64,000 nt of DNA from Candidatus Poseidoniales archaeon. Its GTDB lineage: Archaea; Thermoplasmatota; Poseidoniia; Poseidoniales; Thalassarchaeaceae. A program made the translations under genes and the position numbers. Below the pieces are notes generated by a model that made no database searches, was not told where the DNA came from, and saw only the letters and a list, made by a program, of their open reading frames with translations. Below are positions 10,354 through 18,708 of this stretch, in pieces. The stretch lies in NCBI GenBank assembly GCA_028283505.1, contig JAPOFX010000001.1, positions 8,197 through 72,196 of the forward strand, in the 5' to 3' direction. How positions within the stretch are numbered: the first letter of the stretch is position 1; the number at the start of each line of letters is the position of its first letter.

Positions 10354-11037
10354 ATGAGCAAATCGATATATATTGAGGGAAATGAGGAATTTTTCATCCA
10401 ATCTCTACAAGACAGGCTGTTACGAGCGGGCGCTACACTCGTCAATAATTCTGCGGATTCTGATTTTGTTATTGCCGTGGGAGAGGGGTTTTCTGGAGAT
10501 ATCTCAATTGTTAGTGGAAATCAAGAATCCGGGAATTCCGAAATTGTTGTCAGGATACACGACTTACTTTCCCCTGAAGGAAAACTAAGATCGTGGGGCG
10601 ATGCAATATTGCATGATTGGGCTAGGTCAATTATGGAAGAATCAAAAATACCCAAAATAACTGATCATAGTCCAAGATTCTGGGTCCATATTAGGGATGT
10701 CTGCGACGCACTTTGTATTCTAATTATGAGCGATAGAATAAAGAAGATTGAGAACGAACTGAACATCTCAGGTCGGAGGGCTTGGTCTGCGGACTCCATC
10801 ATTCAGGAAATGAGTATACTATGGGGCAGGTATTCTGATTCTCTGAACTATTCCCATACAATTCAATCACTCTCTTCCATACCCGGTCCAGTTACTGATA
10901 CGAATGATAAACAACCCAAAAGACCAGATCTATCCGCCATCCACAATTGTCTTAGACAATGTGGGTCTGAAGGATGGCATCCGCTAGTTCCCATGCGTGT
11001 CTCCCTCATGGAGATCTTCGCTCATGCGATTAGATAG
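10354..11037 (+). CDS. Hypothetical protein (possible divergent NAD(P)-binding/epimerase-like fold)
   Basis: 227-aa ORF starting 9 nt after the aminotransferase stop. No clear motif. Confidence 0.35.
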   Translation: MSKSIYIEGNEEFFIQSLQDRLLRAGATLVNNSADSDFVIAVGEGFSGDISIVSGNQESGNSEIVVRIHDLLSPEGKLRSWGDAILHDWARSIMEESKIPKITDHSPRFWVHIRDVCDALCILIMSDRIKKIENELNISGRRAWSADSIIQEMSILWGRYSDSLNYSHTIQSLSSIPGPVTDTNDKQPKRPDLSAIHNCLRQCGSEGWHPLVPMRVSLMEIFAHAIR

Positions 11038-11045
11038 CAGGGTAA

Positions 11046-11222
11046 TCAGTTCTTATCGTTCTGAACCTGGACACGGATGGCCTGAGCCATTGTCTTGGCT
11101 GACTGCATAGCCTTGCGGACTCTGGTTCCGGCAGCCTTGTTGCCCTTGTCATGCTTTACAGCATCACCCATTGCATCTGTTAGCATTTCTATCATATCAT
11201 GCATCATCTTCTCGACGGACAT
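11046..11222 (-). CDS. Hc1/histone-H1-like small basic DNA-binding protein (58 aa)
   Basis: Manual translation of the minus strand gives MSVEKMMHDMIEMLTDAMGDAVKHDKGNKAAGTRVRKAMQSAKTMAQAIRVQVQNDKN, from ATG 11222-11220 to stop TGA 11048-11046. The KGNKAAGTRVRK segment matches the KGNKAAAQRVR core of chlamydial Hc1 / PF07432-type histone-H1-like proteins. It is below the 60-aa ORF-track cutoff. Confidence 0.5.
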   Translation of the reverse strand: MSVEKMMHDMIEMLTDAMGDAVKHDKGNKAAGTRVRKAMQSAKTMAQAIRVQVQNDKN

Positions 11223-11282
11223 AACAAACCTCGGGCGCTAGACCGTTCTTAGCCGTTTTCACGAAAATCATCACAAAATGTG

Positions 11283-12269
11283 CTACAATTGGGCGAATAA
11301 ATCACCACCGAGAAGTGGAAGAAGGACGCTAGCATCGCCTTCAACGACGACCTGAGAAGCTTCTGGGCGTACCTTTCCCCATGAAATGGCCTCTTTGAGC
11401 CTAGCGCCTGACAGTGAACCGTCATATTCTGGAGCTGTTGTTATAGAAACGGCAGAGTCCAAACCTCCTCTGTATTGATTCCACCATATCACGTGATGTT
11501 TTGAAATCCCTCCTCCCACCATTAGCGCATGGCTCTCCTCAGCCGTCCAAGTCAAGTCTGAAAGAATCTGCTCGTCTGCTAGAACATCAATCATAAAGTC
11601 AGGAGATTTCTGTCTGTGCATAAATAATTGTGCTCCTATCGAGCCGTCTGTAATTCCAGGTATTATGACCGGAATCCTATTCCTTGCGATCCAGTAGAGC
11701 AAAGACGATTCGTCATCAATCCTGTCTCCTAAGGCCCAACAGAGCTCCGCGGTTCCAAACCCCTTCCAAGGACTGTCTGGAGACTCTGAGCGCCTCTCAT
11801 CCTCAATCTCTGAAAGCCATGGAAGGACAATATTTTCCAGAATTTCCCCGTAGCACTCATTTGGCACTATTACGTTGCCAAGCCTGTTCAGACCTTCTTC
11901 TCCCAACGCAATATCATCCAAACTGAAGTCTCCATGGAAGTAATTCTCGTATGATCTGGCGATATCATGATCCAGAGTCCCACAGGTAGTGATAACGACA
12001 TTAAACGAGCCCCTCTTCAAGGCCTCTAAGAAGAATCCCCTGGTTCCAGTAGCGCATAGACAAGCTGGAAACGATATCCAATTCAGGACCCCCTCAGAGG
12101 AAGTCTTTGAGATAGAGCTCCTCAGGATGTCTCGAGCAAATGCCAGCTTAGTCGCGGTGAAGCCTCCAGCCTCTGACATCTGGTCAATCAGTGAAGAAAT
12201 ATCCTTCATTGATGAAAAATCATAATCCTTTACTGGAATGTCAAAGTCTTCACGCGAATATCCGCTCAT
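11283..12269 (-). CDS. dys: Deoxyhypusine synthase
   Basis: 328 aa with the DHS hallmark GGGISKHH and an NAD-binding TTCGTLDHD region. It is the archaeal/eukaryotic aIF5A-modifying enzyme. Confidence 0.85.
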   Translation of the reverse strand: MSGYSREDFDIPVKDYDFSSMKDISSLIDQMSEAGGFTATKLAFARDILRSSISKTSSEGVLNWISFPACLCATGTRGFFLEALKRGSFNVVITTCGTLDHDIARSYENYFHGDFSLDDIALGEEGLNRLGNVIVPNECYGEILENIVLPWLSEIEDERRSESPDSPWKGFGTAELCWALGDRIDDESSLLYWIARNRIPVIIPGITDGSIGAQLFMHRQKSPDFMIDVLADEQILSDLTWTAEESHALMVGGGISKHHVIWWNQYRGGLDSAVSITTAPEYDGSLSGARLKEAISWGKVRPEASQVVVEGDASVLLPLLGGDLFAQL

Positions 12270-12293
12270 GTTTCCCGCAAAACGAACCTGACT

Positions 12294-14582
12294 TCAATTG
12301 GTCGGGTTGTAGAGTTGCATTATCCTGTCTCGAATTTGGGCTGCTTTCTCAAAATCCAGCCTCTCAGCGGCTGCTCTCATTTCACGCTCCAACTTACTGA
12401 TTAGCTGATCATCATTCACATCTCCGGATTGTTCCGTTTCCATTTCTACCTCGAAATTCGGTTGACTAACGTTATCGAGAACTGAGTCGGAAGTATTCCA
12501 CATGCCAGCTCCCAGAGAGAACTTCTGTGCGAGTCCAGAAACACCCTTCTTGCTTGTTTTTTTGCCTACGAATCTCTTCCCACCCTTGGCTCCTTTCCCT
12601 GCTGTCCCAGCTAGAATGCTGCTTTCTTCCTCTCCCATAGTCGGGAGGGCCTTCTGTATTGTTTTGGGAACTATCCCGTGAATTTGATTGTAAGAATCCT
12701 GTCGCCTTCTTCTTGAAATCGTCTGGCTCATGGCTGCTTCCATTGATGGAGAAATCGTGTCGGCATATAGGATGACGACCCCGTTCTCATTTCTAGACGC
12801 TCTTCCAATTGTTTGCAAGAGAGATCTCTCATTCCTGAGAAAACCTTGCTTATCCGCATCGAAGATTGCCACTAGTGATACCTCAGGAATGTCCAGCCCT
12901 TCTCTGAGTAAATTTATTCCAACAATAACGTCTATGTGACCCAGTCTCAGAGCCTTGATTATCTCGGTCCTCTGGAGGGTGTCAATTTCTGAATGAAGAT
13001 AATGAGCTTTGATTCCATTTTTTTCAAGGTATTCGGACACTTCCTCGGCGAACTTAATAGTCATCACAGTAACAAGTACGCGCTCATCCCTCCCTACTCT
13101 CTTATTTATTTCTGACATCAAATCTTGGACTTGTCCCTTAGTGGGTTTAACGACAATTTCAGGATCTAGTAATCCTGTTGGGCGAATTTCCATTCTTACC
13201 ACTCCGTCGATTTTTGTGATTGTTTGCTCCATGGTAGAGGTAGTAACTTTCTTGTCGAGGTCTGGTTTATCAGAACCTCCTCTTCCTCCTACATGAAGGA
13301 GCTCTTCGGGAACTTCCTGATTGGTTACCTCAGCAAGGTGACGTAGCTCCCTCTCTCCTGGTGTTGCGCTGACATACAGCATTTTTGGAACGAGGTCCTG
13401 AAACTCGTCAATTCTTAGTGGTCTGTTATCATATGCCGATGGTAGCCTAAATCCATGGTCTACAAGGTTCTTCTTTCTGGAGAAATCTCCTCCATACATC
13501 CCCCCAACTTGAGGAAGAGTGACGTGGCTTTCATCCATAATTACCAGATATCTATCGGAGCCACCATGGAAGCGCTCAGCGTTACTTGAAAAGAAATCCA
13601 GCAAACAGAACGACCTTTCTCCCTTAGACCTCCTGTCAAAATGTCTTGAATAGTTCTCCACCCCTTTACAAGACCCTATCTCTGTTAGCATCTCAAGGTC
13701 GAACTTGGTCCTCCCTTCAAGCCTGTAGGCCTCAATCTCCATTCCCTTTTCCTGGAACCAACCTACCCGATCTTCTAGTTCGTGCTCTATATCCTCAATC
13801 GCTAGGTTGAAGCTCTCCTCGCTAGTCATGTAGAACTCTCGTGGATGTATCCAAGCCTCCTCAAACTCATCCAGAATCTCCCAGGATATGGCTTCACATA
13901 CCTGTATTTTCTCTATTCCCTCCCATCCAAACCTCACCCTGATAGGGTCATCCCTACTTGGCATCCAGATATCCAGAACCTCGCCTCTTAGACGGATATC
14001 GCCCCTGGTAATCTCACCTGAGACCCGGCGGTAGTGAAGTCCAACCAGTTCTCGTACAATTTCTTGTGGATCTGATTTCTGTCCAACTTCGAGTCTGAGG
14101 TGGTTCTGCTGGAATACTTCTGGAGGATTCAATCCATATATTGCTGAAACAGTTCCAACGGTAATCACGTCAGGCCTTGAGACCAATGATGCGACTGTGG
14201 AGAACCTCTCTTGCTCTATCCTCTCGTTCATTTGCAGCTCTTTGTCGATGTAAAGGTCCCTTCCGGGGATGTAAGCTTCAGGCTGATAATAGTCATAGTA
14301 GCTAACAAAATACTCTACCGCATTACTTGGAAAAAGCTCACTAATCTCCTGCCAAAGCTGTCTCGCAAGGGTTTTGTTGTGAGACAGGATTAGCGTTGGA
14401 ACCCCTAGCCTCTCAATTATGTTGGCCATTGCAAATGTCTTACCGGACCCAGTAACCCCCATGAGAATGCATCTCTCTTGATTAGACTCGATCTGCTCTA
14501 CGAGCCTATCTATTGCTTGTCCTTGGTCACCAGCGGTATCATACTCAGAATCTAGAATGAACATACTACACACCACTCGCAA
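12294..14582 (-). CDS. uvrB: Excinuclease ABC subunit B (UvrB)
   Basis: 762 aa with Walker A GVTGSGKT, helicase motifs and a C-terminal UVR domain (FEKAAQIRDRIMQL). An approximately 80-aa Gly/Lys-rich low-complexity linker precedes the UVR domain. Confidence 0.9.
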   Translation of the reverse strand: MRVVCSMFILDSEYDTAGDQGQAIDRLVEQIESNQERCILMGVTGSGKTFAMANIIERLGVPTLILSHNKTLARQLWQEISELFPSNAVEYFVSYYDYYQPEAYIPGRDLYIDKELQMNERIEQERFSTVASLVSRPDVITVGTVSAIYGLNPPEVFQQNHLRLEVGQKSDPQEIVRELVGLHYRRVSGEITRGDIRLRGEVLDIWMPSRDDPIRVRFGWEGIEKIQVCEAISWEILDEFEEAWIHPREFYMTSEESFNLAIEDIEHELEDRVGWFQEKGMEIEAYRLEGRTKFDLEMLTEIGSCKGVENYSRHFDRRSKGERSFCLLDFFSSNAERFHGGSDRYLVIMDESHVTLPQVGGMYGGDFSRKKNLVDHGFRLPSAYDNRPLRIDEFQDLVPKMLYVSATPGERELRHLAEVTNQEVPEELLHVGGRGGSDKPDLDKKVTTSTMEQTITKIDGVVRMEIRPTGLLDPEIVVKPTKGQVQDLMSEINKRVGRDERVLVTVMTIKFAEEVSEYLEKNGIKAHYLHSEIDTLQRTEIIKALRLGHIDVIVGINLLREGLDIPEVSLVAIFDADKQGFLRNERSLLQTIGRASRNENGVVILYADTISPSMEAAMSQTISRRRRQDSYNQIHGIVPKTIQKALPTMGEEESSILAGTAGKGAKGGKRFVGKKTSKKGVSGLAQKFSLGAGMWNTSDSVLDNVSQPNFEVEMETEQSGDVNDDQLISKLEREMRAAAERLDFEKAAQIRDRIMQLYNPTN

Positions 14583-15537
14583 ATCTTTCTATCTCTGATG
14601 AATCAGTCAGAACAATGGAGGCCAAAAGAACCCAACCTGTCAACATTGAAACTCGGAAAAGTGTTGTCTGGAAGTCCGGTAATCTTTCACTGTACAACAC
14701 TACTCCAATGTTCAGAGCGCACATTATCCCCGCTGATATCAGAAACCAGGCCTCCTCGACAGGATTCGAGAGTGCAAAACATGCGAACCATAGGAGCGTC
14801 AGTTGTATCGACGTTCTGGTCGTCGCCCTTTCTCCAAATTTGGAAGGGAACGAGTGAATTCCGTTCTCAATATCACTTTTGATGTCCATCCTGGCGTAGT
14901 TAATGTCAAATGACGCTATCCACAAGGCCACACCCAGCGATATCCAGAAGATTTCTGGGTACCATAAAAATTCACCATGTCCTTGAGAGTACGCACCCGA
15001 CCCTCCCGTTATCGCATACCAACCATGAACGTCAGCTGTAACAGCAACCCAAGCGGCCGCTGGCGCAAGTCCCAAGCATAATCCCAACCAGAAATGGCAC
15101 AGCCATGTGTAACGCTTGGTGTAGGGGTAGACAACGAATGCAAGTACAGGTAGCCATGCCATTTTCAGTGCTACTTCATTAAGCCGCCATGCTCCGAAAA
15201 GTAACATTCCAAGGAAGACCGCAGAGAGGGTCCAAGCGGTTTTCATTGTCATGGCACCAGAAGCCAGATGACGACTTTTTGTACGGGGATTGGCCGCATC
15301 AATGTCTCTGTCGATTATCCTATTTAGTGACATCGCTAAGCCCCGAGCACCCACTGCTGCTACCAGAATCCAAACAATGTCGATCCCGAATCTATCTGAA
15401 GAAAGCTCAGTCCAGAACTGATTGTGAGCGTGAATGTAACCAATTAGGATGAATGGTAACGAGAATAGGGTATGCTCAATCTTAACAAACTCAAGAACAC
15501 CCCTAAGTCCCACTAAAATCCACCTTCCTTTAGCCAA
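14566..15537 (-). CDS. UbiA-family aromatic prenyltransferase (4-hydroxybenzoate polyprenyltransferase-like)
   Basis: 323 aa, polytopic. It has the first Asp-rich motif NRIIDRDIDAANPRT and a second motif region DINYARMDIKSDIENG. It overlaps uvrB by 17 nt and the UbiD gene by 25 nt. Confidence 0.8.
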   Translation of the reverse strand: MAKGRWILVGLRGVLEFVKIEHTLFSLPFILIGYIHAHNQFWTELSSDRFGIDIVWILVAAVGARGLAMSLNRIIDRDIDAANPRTKSRHLASGAMTMKTAWTLSAVFLGMLLFGAWRLNEVALKMAWLPVLAFVVYPYTKRYTWLCHFWLGLCLGLAPAAAWVAVTADVHGWYAITGGSGAYSQGHGEFLWYPEIFWISLGVALWIASFDINYARMDIKSDIENGIHSFPSKFGERATTRTSIQLTLLWFACFALSNPVEEAWFLISAGIMCALNIGVVLYSERLPDFQTTLFRVSMLTGWVLLASIVLTDSSEIERFASGV

Positions 15538-17399
15538 GTGTCCACTCTGTTTAGAACTTCAGGATCATGTAATGTCACACCAGGCCATCTACGAACCGGG
15601 AGAGGCCCTCCTTGAGAGGGAATCGGAGCTGTGGCGTCCCAACACACTCTCCTTCTGTCAGAGTCAAAGTGCAAATCTCTGCCAACATCAAACCGACAGA
15701 AAAATTGCCAAAGCAGAGTCCTCTTCCAGTAATCTTCTGAGAGGTCTACATCTGAGTCGGTGATGAACAGCCATCTGAGGTTAGCTGAACCCTCTAGGCT
15801 CCAGATTGAGTCCCTGATTGAACAAATCTTCTCTCTCTGCATTCTGGCCCCCTCTTCATTGTCGGTTTCGACATTCTCGGAAGGCGAAGGTCCACCTTCG
15901 ATATCTGTGGTTACAACCAGCATGGAAGATCGTAGCATTCTCGCCTGTACTACTCCATCTATTCCGGAAGCAGAAACCTCAAGCGAATCAGGACACCCTA
16001 CCAGGGGGGCTCTTAGACTACGAGGATCACTTTCCACGGGACTCGTGGCATCAATCAGCAACTTGTCATGGATATTTTCCCAGGGAGATGCATGAGCCAG
16101 TGAATCAGCAACCATCCCCGGCAGAACCACTAGGTCTTCCGAAATTTCAACTTTTGAGTCTAGGGCATCGAGTAGCAGGTCCAGATCTTTGGCATCATGT
16201 TCGGGATTGACCGCAACTATAGTTTTCAGGAACATCATCTGACCTGCACCAAGTAGCCCTAAGGCTGTTTTCCTCCCTTGCCTTGGATACCTATTTTTGG
16301 ATGAAACTATAGCTAGGTTGTGGAAACCCGTCTCCAGTGGTAGAAACAGATCAATAACATCCCTGTGTTGAAACTTCAACACTGGGAGAAACGCGTCGCC
16401 AATTGCTTCCCCCAGGTAACCATCCTCCATCGGGGGAACTCCTACTATGGTCATCGGGACTATTGCATTTTTTCTGTGGGTAATTGCCTCCACATGCATT
16501 ACTGGGTATTGGCCTGCCAGAGAGTAGTGACCAAAATGGTCTCCAAATGGCCCCTCTTCTCTAGTCTCTCCGGGAATCATGTAACCTTCTATTACGACAT
16601 CGCACTCAGCAGGCACCATTAGTTCGTTTGTAATGCATTTTGTTATTCTCAAACGCCTCTTACCCAGTAGCCCAGCAAACTCATACTCCGATAGATTATC
16701 TGGAAGAGGAGATATCGAGCTAAACATCACTTCAGGAGGCCCACCGAGGCAAATTGCCACCGGCATACGGTCTTTTGATGCGTCTGCATGGTCAGCCCCA
16801 TGCTTGTGCGCTTGCCAGTGTAATCCTAACTCCTTAGGTCCGAAGACCTGGCTCCTGTACATGCCCATGTTGTGAACTCCTGTTTCAGGGTCAGCCGTCA
16901 CGACCAAGGGCAGAGTGATGTACCTGCCACCATCCTCTGGCCATGTCTTCGGGATCGGGAGTTTTGTCACATCAGGATCTCTGATTACTATCTGCTGGCA
17001 TGCTCCCTTCCTGACCTTCATCGGAGCCATCGACATTCCTTCAAGTGCTAAACCAATACCAGTCCATGGAGCTTTCATTATTCCTCCAATATCGGGCTTC
17101 ATCAAGGAAACCATTCTATTTCCAATCTCGTCGGGCTTCTTAACTCCCAAGGCGTGATTAGTCCTATCACGAGTTCCGAAGAGGTTCATCGCTAAGGGGA
17201 GGTCACTGATAGAACCATCAGGGAGTCTAGGTTGCTCGAATAGAATCGCGCCTCCTCCCCGCTTCACTAGCCTGTCAGCGATGCATCCAGCCTCGAGCTC
17301 GACATCTACTGGATCAGATACTCTAATCAGCTCACCTGAGTCCTCAAGAGACTGCACATACCGTGCCAGAGTGCGCCAGGTCATGTTACGCCGTGCCAC
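15513..17399 (-). CDS. ubiD: UbiD-family (prenylated-FMN-dependent) aromatic decarboxylase, with an approximately 130-aa C-terminal extension
   Basis: 628 aa. The N-terminus TLARYVQSLEDSGELIRVSDPVDVELEAGCIADRLVKRGGGAILFEQPR aligns with the E. coli UbiD N-terminus. It is co-oriented and overlapping with the UbiA gene. Confidence 0.8.
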   Translation of the reverse strand: MARRNMTWRTLARYVQSLEDSGELIRVSDPVDVELEAGCIADRLVKRGGGAILFEQPRLPDGSISDLPLAMNLFGTRDRTNHALGVKKPDEIGNRMVSLMKPDIGGIMKAPWTGIGLALEGMSMAPMKVRKGACQQIVIRDPDVTKLPIPKTWPEDGGRYITLPLVVTADPETGVHNMGMYRSQVFGPKELGLHWQAHKHGADHADASKDRMPVAICLGGPPEVMFSSISPLPDNLSEYEFAGLLGKRRLRITKCITNELMVPAECDVVIEGYMIPGETREEGPFGDHFGHYSLAGQYPVMHVEAITHRKNAIVPMTIVGVPPMEDGYLGEAIGDAFLPVLKFQHRDVIDLFLPLETGFHNLAIVSSKNRYPRQGRKTALGLLGAGQMMFLKTIVAVNPEHDAKDLDLLLDALDSKVEISEDLVVLPGMVADSLAHASPWENIHDKLLIDATSPVESDPRSLRAPLVGCPDSLEVSASGIDGVVQARMLRSSMLVVTTDIEGGPSPSENVETDNEEGARMQREKICSIRDSIWSLEGSANLRWLFITDSDVDLSEDYWKRTLLWQFFCRFDVGRDLHFDSDRRRVCWDATAPIPSQGGPLPVRRWPGVTLHDPEVLNRVDTWLKEGGF

Positions 17400-17478
17400 T
17401 CACAATAGTAGAAGGTTCGCTCGTCTCCGTAGGAGACACGACCGAGGGTTTCTTTTGAGTTGGTGTCCTCGGGGTGGC

Positions 17479-18708
17479 ATGGGCGATACCGCGACGTCAT
17501 GTGATGTGTTAGTCGTTGGTGCCGGGCCGGGTGGAGGCAACGCGGCACTACAGTGTGCCAGACTTGGTCTTCAAACAATACTTATCGAAGATCATGATGA
17601 GATAGGAACTCCAGTTCACTGCGGAGAGTGCATATCAGACGTGGCATGTCAGAACTTAGGCCTCACACTTCCGGAACACGTCATCAGTAAGGAAGTAAAG
17701 GGTATTAGGGTCATCTTCCCAGATGGAACCGAAAAGTGCTTGTCCGAGCATGGCTATGTTCTAGAAAAGCATCTATTTGAACAATGGATAGCTGACTCTG
17801 CGGTCTCTGAGGGAGCCAAGCTAAGTCTTGGTCACAAGATTACCGGGATGGAAAAGGTGTATCTAGAAGGTAAATTCTCAGGCTGGAGATGTGAGGGAAA
17901 GGGGGAGGATTTCCCGATTTTCGCCAAGGTAGTAATAGATGCCTCAGGGGTCGCGTCGGTGTGTTCCAAATTATTGAATCTAAATCCGAGGGGAAAGGTG
18001 GTCGCTGGTATGCAATACGAATTGGAAGGAGTCCCCACAGACGGATACCTAGATTTCTACATCTGGCCATCATATGCCGAGAAGGGCTATCTCTGGATGA
18101 TCCCTAAATGTGATGGCAGGGCAAACATCGGACTCGTAACAGAGGATAAACCAAGAACCAAGAAAGCACTTGACGAGTTCATCCAAAATACACATTTCAA
18201 GGGATTAAATCAGAATCTTCCCACTTGGAAAAAGAAGGGAAACCCCGCGTTCGGTGGGACGATACCCATCTCGGGCCCCCATAATAATACATACTCAGAC
18301 GGACTACTACTTATCGGAGATGCCGCAGGATTCACATCCCCATTGTTTGAGGGCGGATCTCACTTAGCTCTCAAGTCGGCTGTGTTTGCCGCTCAAACTG
18401 CATCAGAAGGTATCAATGACAATGACCTAAGTGCTGAGAAATTATCCAAATATGAGAACCTTTGGAAGGAAGAGTTTCCACCTTATGACAAAATTCTGAA
18501 GGGGAAGAACGCACTCTTTGATTTAACAGATGAAGAGATGTCGGCCATGGCTAGATGCTTACCTGACGAGATGTCCGATATGGGCATATCTGGGAAAGCA
18601 ATGGTAGGCGTCAGACTACTATTCAAAAGGCCCGGTCTGTACGCAAAGAATATTATCAGAGCAATGCTAGCATTTGGTTACAGCAGAGCGAAGTACTACG
18701 GTTGGTGA
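17479..18708 (+). CDS. Geranylgeranyl-reductase-family FAD-dependent oxidoreductase
   Basis: It has an FAD-binding fingerprint DVLVVGAGPGG and a GDAAGFTSP motif. The ORF-track start (17281) overlaps ubiD on the opposite strand, so I place the start at ATG 17479 (MGDTATSCDVLVVGAG...). Confidence 0.8.
   Translation: MGDTATSCDVLVVGAGPGGGNAALQCARLGLQTILIEDHDEIGTPVHCGECISDVACQNLGLTLPEHVISKEVKGIRVIFPDGTEKCLSEHGYVLEKHLFEQWIADSAVSEGAKLSLGHKITGMEKVYLEGKFSGWRCEGKGEDFPIFAKVVIDASGVASVCSKLLNLNPRGKVVAGMQYELEGVPTDGYLDFYIWPSYAEKGYLWMIPKCDGRANIGLVTEDKPRTKKALDEFIQNTHFKGLNQNLPTWKKKGNPAFGGTIPISGPHNNTYSDGLLLIGDAAGFTSPLFEGGSHLALKSAVFAAQTASEGINDNDLSAEKLSKYENLWKEEFPPYDKILKGKNALFDLTDEEMSAMARCLPDEMSDMGISGKAMVGVRLLFKRPGLYAKNIIRAMLAFGYSRAKYYGW

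Noticed and set aside
17281-17478. ORF-track 5' extension of the geranylgeranyl-reductase-family gene
   Set aside because: The extension overlaps the ubiD coding region on the opposite strand and encodes an Arg/Ser-rich low-complexity peptide. The Rossmann fingerprint begins right after ATG 17479.
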